From NCBI GenBank assembly GCA_964628805.1, contig CAZVOK010000004.1, positions 20,163 through 84,162 on the forward strand: 64,000 bases of DNA, written 5' to 3'. A model generated the notes under the pieces. It had not been told where the DNA came from. It saw only the letters and a program-made list of their open reading frames with translations, and ran no database searches. The DNA is from an uncultured Candidatus Peribacteria bacterium (GTDB lineage Bacteria; Patescibacteriota; Gracilibacteria; Peribacterales; Peribacteraceae). The position numbers and the translations under genes are program-made. This document shows, in pieces, positions 19,875-27,430 of the stretch (position 1 is the first letter of the stretch; each line of letters begins with the position of its first letter).

Positions 19875-19960
19875 GGGATTAGGGTTAGGGATTGGGGATT
19901 GGGACATTGGAACCTTTTTTATTTTGAAAATACTAATCCCCAACTCCAATCCCCAATCCC
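19875..19960. repeat. G-rich/C-rich hairpin element (GGGATT/GGGTTA words)
   Basis: 19888-19902 GGGATTGGGGATTGG is perfectly complementary to 19946-19960. The right arm encodes the last residues (GLGIGVGD) of ORF 19933..20727. Confidence 0.7.
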
Positions 19961-20727
19961 TTTAATCTCTTCTTCAATAAATTCCCCGCCACATCCGGTG
20001 GAGCGGCAATCAGCACTGTCGAAGGCTTAATTGCGAGTAGCGACCCTGTGGACGGAAAATTCTTCCCGGTTGGCTGCAGGAGTACCAAGGTATCTGCTTT
20101 CAAATTTTCTCCGGAAGCCAAGAGGGCTCTTTCTGCATCTTCATCCAGTGAAGGTAAAAATAGAATCGAATGTTTATGGTGTGTGGCCCGTAGAACAATG
20201 GATGTGTTTTTCAGTTCACTCTGGGTCACTTCTTTCCCCAGAAGGCTCGTCCGTGGCCAGAGGGTATGGATCATGGTTCCATCCCCTAGGTCGAGTGTCA
20301 TAGCGGGGTGAGGTGTAATGATGGCGAGCTTCTTCTGATGCACGGATGCCAGGAAATTCTCGTAGGCGCCGATGGGCTGCGTGACTCCGATCATGAGGAC
20401 TCCGCCAACTTGGAATCGATCGAGTAAGAATGGAAATGATACGACGGTGTCGTTGGTGGGCTTGGTGAGTACCAGTAGATCAATCACTCTGGAGAAAAAT
20501 GGCAGCTCCTTTGCGAGGGATTCCAGCACGGATAGATCCCCGCCTCCATCTATGAGGATGTGCTTTCCCGAAGGCGTCGTCAGTAATACAGACCGTCCTT
20601 TATCAGCCTCAAGAACTTTTACGCGCATGGTTCCGTCGGGCATTTTTTGCAGCTCTTTGAATGTAGCGACATTGAAAATCAGAAGAACTGCGGTGAGCCC
20701 GAGCCAGAGCTTTAGAGAGAGGGACAT
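19933..20727 (-). CDS. ComEC C-terminal-like metallo-beta-lactamase-fold protein with substituted metal-binding motifs
   Basis: An N-terminal TM is followed by VLEADKGRSVLLTTPSGKHILIDGG and IDLLVLTKPTNDTV. These align to the ComEC/MBL motifs DVGQGDA and THPHxDH, but the His/Asp ligands are lost. Confidence 0.55.
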   Translation of the reverse strand: MSLSLKLWLGLTAVLLIFNVATFKELQKMPDGTMRVKVLEADKGRSVLLTTPSGKHILIDGGGDLSVLESLAKELPFFSRVIDLLVLTKPTNDTVVSFPFLLDRFQVGGVLMIGVTQPIGAYENFLASVHQKKLAIITPHPAMTLDLGDGTMIHTLWPRTSLLGKEVTQSELKNTSIVLRATHHKHSILFLPSLDEDAERALLASGENLKADTLVLLQPTGKNFPSTGSLLAIKPSTVLIAAPPDVAGNLLKKRLKGLGIGVGD

Positions 20728-20862
20728 ACCTCCATGCTACTGGTCCTCTTTTATGTACGACGATCGGAATCTGTGAATTCTTTTTGAAGTACTATCTGTT
20801 TGCATCTACTCACAGCCGAAAAATAGGTTCTGTCACCCCTTGGAACGTCCCCGCTATTTTTG

Positions 20863-22173
20863 TTACGCCAGCTTTTTCTTTCTCATGAGCAGTGCCCCTC
20901 CTGTTCCACCTGCTGCCACCAGAAGTGCGAGGATGGATGGGCCGGAGTCTGTGAGAGGGCCTGTAGGCTTATCCATCGGCAGTGCGACAGACTGGATGAT
21001 TCCTTTGGTGACCGTGCCATCAGTACCGCGTACTTTTACAAGGAGACCGAAGTCACCTGCTGGGACTGAAGAGAAGCGAACGCTCTGGACGGTGGCAGCT
21101 GCAAATTGCATAGCTGCGTAGCTTGCTCCCCGGTCGCGAGTTTGCTGGAGCTGGAATCCGGAAACAGTTGCAGGATTATTTGTATGAGTCCACGTGGCGA
21201 TCACTGTGTAGAGCCCATTTGCTCCTCTTTGTGCCTGCAAGCGCAAGTTGGCTACTTCCGAGAGAGTGGTTCCTTGTACAGAGGAGGAAGACGAAGAAGA
21301 TACTGGCGCAGAGCTTGAATCCTCAGAGGACTCTGCGGAGCTGCTGCTCTGCTTGGAGGATGAAGATGTAGGAATCAGCGATGGCTTGAAAGGCTCAGCG
21401 CCATTTGCGTCTCCCATAAAATTCACACTTGCCGTGCTCATGTCCAAATCCACAATCACTCCCATGGGAGACTTTCCTTTTACGACAGTGGATACATCCA
21501 GTGTATAAGGATGCTCTTTCAACTGCGGAGCAGTTTTAATGATGATCGTATTGTCTTTGATGACGAGTTGCCTCAAGGCGAGCAGTGCGCCTGATCCGTC
21601 ATCGATCTCAAAGGCTTTCTTGGCCTCATCCTGCGCGAGTGATACTGGCAGAGAGAATGTCAGGAGGATTCCGGTGGAGGAAAGTACTTTCGCAGATAAG
21701 AGCTTCTGTGGCTCGGCGGTTCCTACTGAAGATGAAGATGCTGCGGAAGCAGAGGCAGCAGCGCTACTCACAGAAGAGGTACTTCCTGGCTTTGTCAGAT
21801 TGATAATCGCTTCTTCTGTGAAGAATGGACTCTCTTCACCGCTTTCATTCACGGCTAGCACTCCGATGTAGAGCTTGGATCCCTCTGGGTATCCAGTAAG
21901 TGTAAACGATGTGCTGTTCGTAGGAGTAATTTCGAAATCGTCATACTTCCCACCGCTTCCGAGTATGGATGCACGGCTGTAGTACACGCGGTAGTACGAA
22001 ATATTCTTATCCGCAGGAGCGGTCCACTCCAGTTGAATCTGTCCTGCTTTCACATCCGTAATTTTAATTCTGCTAGGCGCACCTGGAGCTATGGCTTCTA
22101 CGGAAAGAGGCAGGCTCAGGATGAGCAAAAAGATAGAGGCGCGGAGGACTGAGCGGAGAGGGGTGTGTGTCAT
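20863..22173 (-). CDS. secreted fibronectin type III repeat protein with Ser-rich linkers and a C-terminal TM anchor
   Basis: Signal peptide, FN3-like IKITDVKAGQIQLEWTAP...YYRVYY, poly-Ser tracts, and C-terminal ILALLVAAGGTGGALLMRKKKLA. Confidence 0.65.
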   Translation of the reverse strand: MTHTPLRSVLRASIFLLILSLPLSVEAIAPGAPSRIKITDVKAGQIQLEWTAPADKNISYYRVYYSRASILGSGGKYDDFEITPTNSTSFTLTGYPEGSKLYIGVLAVNESGEESPFFTEEAIINLTKPGSTSSVSSAAASASAASSSSVGTAEPQKLLSAKVLSSTGILLTFSLPVSLAQDEAKKAFEIDDGSGALLALRQLVIKDNTIIIKTAPQLKEHPYTLDVSTVVKGKSPMGVIVDLDMSTASVNFMGDANGAEPFKPSLIPTSSSSKQSSSSAESSEDSSSAPVSSSSSSSVQGTTLSEVANLRLQAQRGANGLYTVIATWTHTNNPATVSGFQLQQTRDRGASYAAMQFAAATVQSVRFSSVPAGDFGLLVKVRGTDGTVTKGIIQSVALPMDKPTGPLTDSGPSILALLVAAGGTGGALLMRKKKLA

Positions 22174-22227
22174 AAATTCTCATTATTATAGCAAAAATAA
22201 GCCATTTTGCCAAACAAACACCCCTTC

Positions 22228-23682
22228 TTAATTCCCTCGTAAAGTCCTCTGAAAGCCAGAAATATAGCCACAGGCGATTATCCAGAGGGTCATAATTCCA
22301 AGGCCCGCTGCTGTCATCCATTCTCCTTTCAAGTGCGGAGCCAAGAAAAAGAGCGGTATACCGAGCAGCACCGTGAAAGAAACCCATTGTAGCCAGAGGG
22401 TTCTGGAAATATGAAACGGCAGAACTTTGATGGTGTACGGCAGAAGTAAGCACACTAGAAGCGCATGTGTGAGGACCGATGTCCACGATGCTCCTACAAA
22501 GCCACTTTGCGGAATGAGGATGAGGTTACTGAGTAGAGACGTTACTACGCCAATGCCGAGTGTGACCACGAGCGGCTTCCACGCGTGCTTGGTGAGGAGT
22601 GAGTAGAAACAGAAGAGCACGATGCCGTTGAAGAACATCGAGAATGCGAGGAGATGTAATGCTGTGTCGGACCCTGGTGCGGTGCTTGTGCTGAGGTACT
22701 GCTGTGTAGTGAGTAATTCCATCAGTGGACGCGACCAGAAAAATGCGAAGAGGAACGAGATAGAGCCGAGCAGCAGAATGATGATGAAAATCTTTCCTAG
22801 GAAATTTTTCGTGTCTTCTCCTCTGCTTTCACGCTCCGTGAGTGCAGGTAACGTAGAATTCAGAAGGAATGTGGGGAGCAGGTACGCCATGTCCATCATC
22901 CGCTGCACGAAGCCGTAGTAGGCATTCTGCAATTCAAAGTCTGTGCGAAGAAGTGCGATGAGTGTCACATCGAATTGTCTGTAGAGCGCAGTGCACAGGA
23001 AAGCGATGCCGTAGGGGCTTGCCTGCTTTAGTAGATGAACCAATGTTTCTTTATCTGTATTCATGCGAATCCGCATGAGGCGGGATCCGAAGATCATCGA
23101 GAGTACAAATAAGACGAAAGATCCGATGCCTCCCACGAGTAAAAATGCGTACAGATCTTGTACGTTGGTAGAGGCAGTGGCTCCTAAGTACACAAGTAAT
23201 CCAATGAGTGACACTGTGATAATCCGCTGCGTGACTTCTGCAATGAACACAAAGTGGAGTTTGTAGTGCACCTGAAACGCTGTGCGGATGATTCCTGCAA
23301 GAAGTGTAAAAAGCGGAACGAGTGATGCAATCGTCACAGACATCGGAAGCGGCGTTCCTTTCCAGGTGGGGAGAATCCAAATGAAGAGAAGTGCTGTGCC
23401 AAGTGAGAGCGCTAGAATGATGGATCGTAGAAATAAGAGAGCGCCGAGCACTTTCTCTTTATCTGCCGCCTTGCTCACTTCGCGTACCGCTACTGCGTAC
23501 AGGCCAAAGTCTGCCAGGATTCCAAAAAGCTGTAGGTATCCGTAAGCAGTGTTGTAGTTCCCCGCCAGTTCCTGGCTGAGGCCTATCGCCACGAACTTTG
23601 TAGTAATAATAGAAAGCACCGCCATCGTAATCTGGCTTCCCATTTGCCAGAGAGTGGAGGTGGCGATTTGGCGGGTGGACAT
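22228..23682 (-). CDS. MOP-superfamily flippase (Wzx/MurJ-like polysaccharide or lipid-linked oligosaccharide exporter)
   Basis: 484 aa with about 12-14 predicted TM segments. The N-terminus is typical of the Polysacc_synt family. Confidence 0.7.
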   Translation of the reverse strand: MSTRQIATSTLWQMGSQITMAVLSIITTKFVAIGLSQELAGNYNTAYGYLQLFGILADFGLYAVAVREVSKAADKEKVLGALLFLRSIILALSLGTALLFIWILPTWKGTPLPMSVTIASLVPLFTLLAGIIRTAFQVHYKLHFVFIAEVTQRIITVSLIGLLVYLGATASTNVQDLYAFLLVGGIGSFVLFVLSMIFGSRLMRIRMNTDKETLVHLLKQASPYGIAFLCTALYRQFDVTLIALLRTDFELQNAYYGFVQRMMDMAYLLPTFLLNSTLPALTERESRGEDTKNFLGKIFIIILLLGSISFLFAFFWSRPLMELLTTQQYLSTSTAPGSDTALHLLAFSMFFNGIVLFCFYSLLTKHAWKPLVVTLGIGVVTSLLSNLILIPQSGFVGASWTSVLTHALLVCLLLPYTIKVLPFHISRTLWLQWVSFTVLLGIPLFFLAPHLKGEWMTAAGLGIMTLWIIACGYISGFQRTLRGN

Positions 23683-23820
23683 GGGCCAATTGTAGATCTA
23701 GTGCTGAGTTAAAAGAATGATTTTATACTTGAATAACTTCCACTCTGGGAGCGGGTGTCCCACCCGCGGTTGTTTTGATAATTCATTAGACCGCCTAGAA
23801 AAAAGGAGTAAATTGTTATT

Positions 23821-23973
23821 ATGAATGATTTGCAGTCCTACGTCCTATTCTTCTGTGCAGTATTTTCAACAATTATGCTTTGGCAAATAAAAGGAACCCT
23901 TGAGAAAATCAAAGATGAAATAGTTGGTGAGCTTACAGAAAAACATAAAAATGATTATACCCACGATGGATAA
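23821..23973 (+). CDS. small hypothetical membrane protein (50 aa) inside the RAYT element
   Basis: An AAGGAG sequence lies about 9 nt upstream of the ATG. One hydrophobic segment is present. The ORF is below the ORF-track length cutoff. Confidence 0.4.
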   Translation: MNDLQSYVLFFCAVFSTIMLWQIKGTLEKIKDEIVGELTEKHKNDYTHDG

Positions 23974-24007
23974 GTATTCCTGAAAATAATTTCTATACCT
24001 TTAGAAG

Positions 24008-24445
24008 TTAATTCCATCTCAAAGGAGTGACATCCCATTTCCCAGAAGCTGATGACCAGGGATACTCTTCAGGAGAATTTACTAAGCCAGCTTTCAGAGG
24101 ATTATTATGAATATAGCTCAGTACAGCAGGTCCATTGTCTGGTATTTTGAGATGAAATCTTGATTGCCATAGATTCTTGATTCCCAAGTCATAGCCCAAT
24201 CCTCCTTTGAAAGATTTCATGATTCTTGAAATAGTTTCTGGTTCAGGAACATACATAAGTAAATGACAATGATCTGGCATGATCACAAATCCATGGAGGA
24301 AGAATGGGTGAAGAGTTTGAACTCGGTACAGACAATCAATTGCTTCTCGGGCATTGGGGCCATGCTGAAATATTTTTTGCTTATGATGAGTGTTTGTAGT
24401 TATGAGCATTAGAGCCTCATTTTGGACAGGGTGTCTTTGGAACAT
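24008..24445 (-). CDS. REP-associated tyrosine transposase (RAYT; IS200/IS605-like Y1 HUH family)
   Basis: HGFVIMPDHCHLLM (HUH), WQSRFH, YIHNNPLKAGLV...YPWSS. The start is set at the ATG inside the right inverted repeat boundary. Confidence 0.8.
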   Translation of the reverse strand: MFQRHPVQNEALMLITTNTHHKQKIFQHGPNAREAIDCLYRVQTLHPFFLHGFVIMPDHCHLLMYVPEPETISRIMKSFKGGLGYDLGIKNLWQSRFHLKIPDNGPAVLSYIHNNPLKAGLVNSPEEYPWSSASGKWDVTPLRWN

Positions 24446-24611
24446 GAGAATATCATGATGGAACCGCGGGTGGGACACCCGCTCCCAGAGTGGAAGTAAT
24501 TTCAATAACATGTATTTTTTGTTTTATTCAAGCCAAAAAATCCGTTCCATGACCTGGTGGAACGTCTCCCCTAGACACCCCTTCTCTTTCTCACTAAAGT
24601 AACTTTCCAGA

Positions 24612-25529
24612 ATGCCTCTTAGCTTCAAACATCTCACGTCCACCAAGCAGCTCTCCCGAGCAGACACGGACGCTATTTTGAAAGAGGCGACAGAGATGGA
24701 GAAAGTGGTGGAGAAAGGAGGTGACAAACGTCTTGATGGGAAAATCCTCGCGAGCCTGTTCTATGAGCCAAGCACCCGCACGCGCCTGAGCTTTGAGGCT
24801 GCCATGCAGCGCCTGGGCGGGCAGATCATCACTGCGGATGGATTTCAGTTTAGCTCCCTCTATAAAGGAGAGACGATTGAGGACACCATGATCATGGTGA
24901 GTCAGTACGCGGATATCATTGCCATGCGTCACCCGGAGCAAGGAAGCGCAGACATCGCTGCCGGTGCGAGCTTGGTCCCCTTCATCAATGCTGGTGACGG
25001 CCCTGGTCAACACCCAACTCAAGCACTCTTAGATTTGTACACCATCTACAAAGAGCGCGGACGAACGGAGGATCTGACGATTGCCATGGTGGGAGACTTG
25101 AAATTCGGACGCACTGTCCACTCGCTTTCGTACCTGCTTGGTCTCTACGGCAAACTCAAATTTGTGCTGGTGTCCCCACCGGAGCTTTCGATGCCGGAGA
25201 AAGTGACATCATTCCTAAAAGAAAAAAATATTCCGTACGAGGAAGCGAACTCACTGGAAGCCGCGCTCGATGCGGATGTGCTCTACATGACACGCATCCA
25301 GCAGGAGCGGTTCAAGGATCCAAAGGAATACGAGCGCTTGAAGAGTGTGTACACGCTGACAGGTGATCAGCTAAAAGGGAAAAATGTATCGGTGATGCAT
25401 CCGCTTCCACGTGTAGGAGAAATTGCTACGGATGTAGATGCTCTTCCGAATGCTGCCTACTTCCGTCAGGCAAAGAACGGCGTGCCAGTTCGCATGGCGC
25501 TTCTGTGGATGCTCCTCAATCAACAGTAA
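24612..25529 (+). CDS. pyrB: aspartate carbamoyltransferase catalytic subunit
   Basis: FYEPSTRTRLSFE, HPTQALLD and HPLPR motifs. The length is 305 aa. Confidence 0.93.
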   Translation: MPLSFKHLTSTKQLSRADTDAILKEATEMEKVVEKGGDKRLDGKILASLFYEPSTRTRLSFEAAMQRLGGQIITADGFQFSSLYKGETIEDTMIMVSQYADIIAMRHPEQGSADIAAGASLVPFINAGDGPGQHPTQALLDLYTIYKERGRTEDLTIAMVGDLKFGRTVHSLSYLLGLYGKLKFVLVSPPELSMPEKVTSFLKEKNIPYEEANSLEAALDADVLYMTRIQQERFKDPKEYERLKSVYTLTGDQLKGKNVSVMHPLPRVGEIATDVDALPNAAYFRQAKNGVPVRMALLWMLLNQQ

Positions 25530-26705
25530 ATGTCTGGCACGGAATCTTCCGAAGGCCTCATCACACTTCCGCGCCTGATCGATTGTCATGTGCACTTCCG
25601 CGAGCCGGGGCTCGAACATAAGGCGACGATGAAGAGTGAATCGGACTCCGCATTTTTTGGTGGAGTAGGAACTGTATGCGAAATGCCGAATACAAATCCG
25701 GCCACAGTGACCGTGGCAGCTTTGGCAGACAAAGTACGCAGAGCCAGCGAGATCGGGAATTGTGATATCAGATTTTTCTTTGGCATTACTCAGGCAGAAC
25801 ATCTTCATGCATTTAGGGATCTGATGACATCCGATTCCGAAGAAATGCAGCGACTGCGAAAGCGATGCTGCGGGGTGAAGTTGTACTTGGATCATTCCAC
25901 GGGAAATCAGAAAGTGGATGGTGGAATTGTGGAAGAGATATTTCAGGCGTGTGCGGAGCTGAATGTTGTATTGGTCGCTCACTGCGAAGATGCGGACATG
26001 AATGAAAAAATGTCGAAGGAGATTACGGGCTCTGATGTTGCGCTGCATTCAGAGAGACGACCTGCGGAGTCTGAGGCAAAGGCTATTGAATTTGCTTTAG
26101 GATTAGCTAAAAAGCACGGCACGCATCTGCACGTTGCGCACCTTTCTACCAAGCAGGGAATCGAGCTTGTACGTGAGGCAAAGAAAGATGGATTGAATGT
26201 GACGTGTGAAGTGACGCCGCATCATTTGTTTTTAACTGTTGAAGATTACGAGACTCTTGGAACTTTGGCGAAGATGAATCCGCCACTGCGAAGTAGTGAA
26301 CATCGTGATGCTCTGTGGGAGGGAATTGCGGATGGAACTGTGGATTGTGTGTCGACGGATCATGCGCCGCACACATTGGAAGAAAAACAATCAGGTGAGC
26401 CTTTGAATGCGCCAAGCGGTGTGCCGGGAGTGGAGACGATGGTGCCTCTGTTGTTGTCTGTCGCAAATAATCATTGGCCTAATCCCCAATCCCCAATCCC
26501 AAATCCCAAACTAACGTATTCTGATATTCAGCGACTGTGCTTCGAGAATCCGAATCGCATTTTCAATTTAGGAAAAAGTGGAGATGAGAAAATCACCATT
26601 GATCCGAATGTCGAATGGACCATCAAAGGCAGCGAATTGCATTCGAAATGCGGGTGGACGCCGTTTGAGGGGTGGACAGTCCGGGGGAAAATTTTGCAGA
26701 AATAA
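25530..26705 (+). CDS. pyrC: dihydroorotase (amidohydrolase family)
   Basis: DCHVHFREPG, VAHCED and STDHAPH motifs. The gene is immediately downstream of pyrB. Confidence 0.88.
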   Translation: MSGTESSEGLITLPRLIDCHVHFREPGLEHKATMKSESDSAFFGGVGTVCEMPNTNPATVTVAALADKVRRASEIGNCDIRFFFGITQAEHLHAFRDLMTSDSEEMQRLRKRCCGVKLYLDHSTGNQKVDGGIVEEIFQACAELNVVLVAHCEDADMNEKMSKEITGSDVALHSERRPAESEAKAIEFALGLAKKHGTHLHVAHLSTKQGIELVREAKKDGLNVTCEVTPHHLFLTVEDYETLGTLAKMNPPLRSSEHRDALWEGIADGTVDCVSTDHAPHTLEEKQSGEPLNAPSGVPGVETMVPLLLSVANNHWPNPQSPIPNPKLTYSDIQRLCFENPNRIFNLGKSGDEKITIDPNVEWTIKGSELHSKCGWTPFEGWTVRGKILQK

Positions 26706-26708
26706 TAA

Positions 26709-27347
26709 TCACAAAATTCCTGCCAATTCATCCAATGATTTCAGCGTGATATCCGCCTGATCAAACGCCTCTTTTGGTGTGTATTCCCCGCCGATTAAAC
26801 ACGCTGTCATTCCTGCGCGCTTGGATGCCTCCATGTCAAACGCTTGATCGCCGATGTAAATACAGTCTTTTGGTTCTACGTTCAATGCCTTAGCTGCCAT
26901 CAGGAGCCCTTCAGGATCAGGTTTCATGCAGTCATGAATGTCATCAGCGGTTATCCAGATGTCTGTAAATTCACGGATATTCATTTTCTTATCCAGCGCC
27001 TCTACATATCGCTTCCAGGATCCTGTCACAATTGCGAGAGGTGCCTTGGTTTTTGCAAAAGCGAAAGCTTCCCGTGCACCCGGCAGCCACTCTGCTTCTT
27101 TGGAAAGTAATTCCACATACAAATCATCTCGATCTTTTCGAATGTTCGGAATCTCCTCTTCTGTTTTTCCAAAGTACGCGAGCATCTCTTTCATGTGTTT
27201 GTGCATCACGTAGAAGGCTGTGAAGAGATCCTCATCTATCTGCATGTCGTACTTCGCGAAAGATCCGATGACAGCTTTTTTGTAGAGACTGATGGTTTCT
27301 ACGAGGGTTCCGTCTAGGTCGAAGAGGATGGCTTGGTATTTGGGCAT
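26709..27347 (-). CDS. HAD-superfamily hydrolase (phosphatase, beta-PGM/PGP-like)
   Basis: The ILFDLDGTLVET motif I and the IGDQAFDMEASKRAG motif IV are present. Confidence 0.8.
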   Translation of the reverse strand: MPKYQAILFDLDGTLVETISLYKKAVIGSFAKYDMQIDEDLFTAFYVMHKHMKEMLAYFGKTEEEIPNIRKDRDDLYVELLSKEAEWLPGAREAFAFAKTKAPLAIVTGSWKRYVEALDKKMNIREFTDIWITADDIHDCMKPDPEGLLMAAKALNVEPKDCIYIGDQAFDMEASKRAGMTACLIGGEYTPKEAFDQADITLKSLDELAGIL

Positions 27348-27370
27348 TGGGGGTATGATAGCAGAGAAAT

Positions 27371-27403
27371 ACTATTAAAAGCCGCCTGGGTTGGAGGCGG
27401 CTT
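27371..27403 (-). terminator. intrinsic terminator downstream of rnj
   Basis: On the minus strand: AAGCCGCC-TCCAACCC-AGGCGGCTT followed by TTTAATAGTATTT. Confidence 0.6.
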
Positions 27404-27430
27404 GAGATTCATCGATTTTTGGAAAGCTTT

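Larger units (their letters stand above)
23736..24497. mobile_element. RAYT-type element: HUH transposase plus small ORF bounded by perfect 36-bp inverted REP-like repeats
   Basis: ACTTCCACTCTGGGAGCGGGTGTCCCACCCGCGGTT at 23736-23771 is the exact reverse complement of 24462-24497. Each arm holds the hairpin GCGGGTG-TCC-CACCCGC. The interior is visibly lower in GC. Confidence 0.8.

Noticed and set aside
24445-24511. Upstream extension of the RAYT ORF to 24511
   Set aside because: The extra codons are a translation of the right inverted repeat, so the internal ATG at 24445 is preferred.
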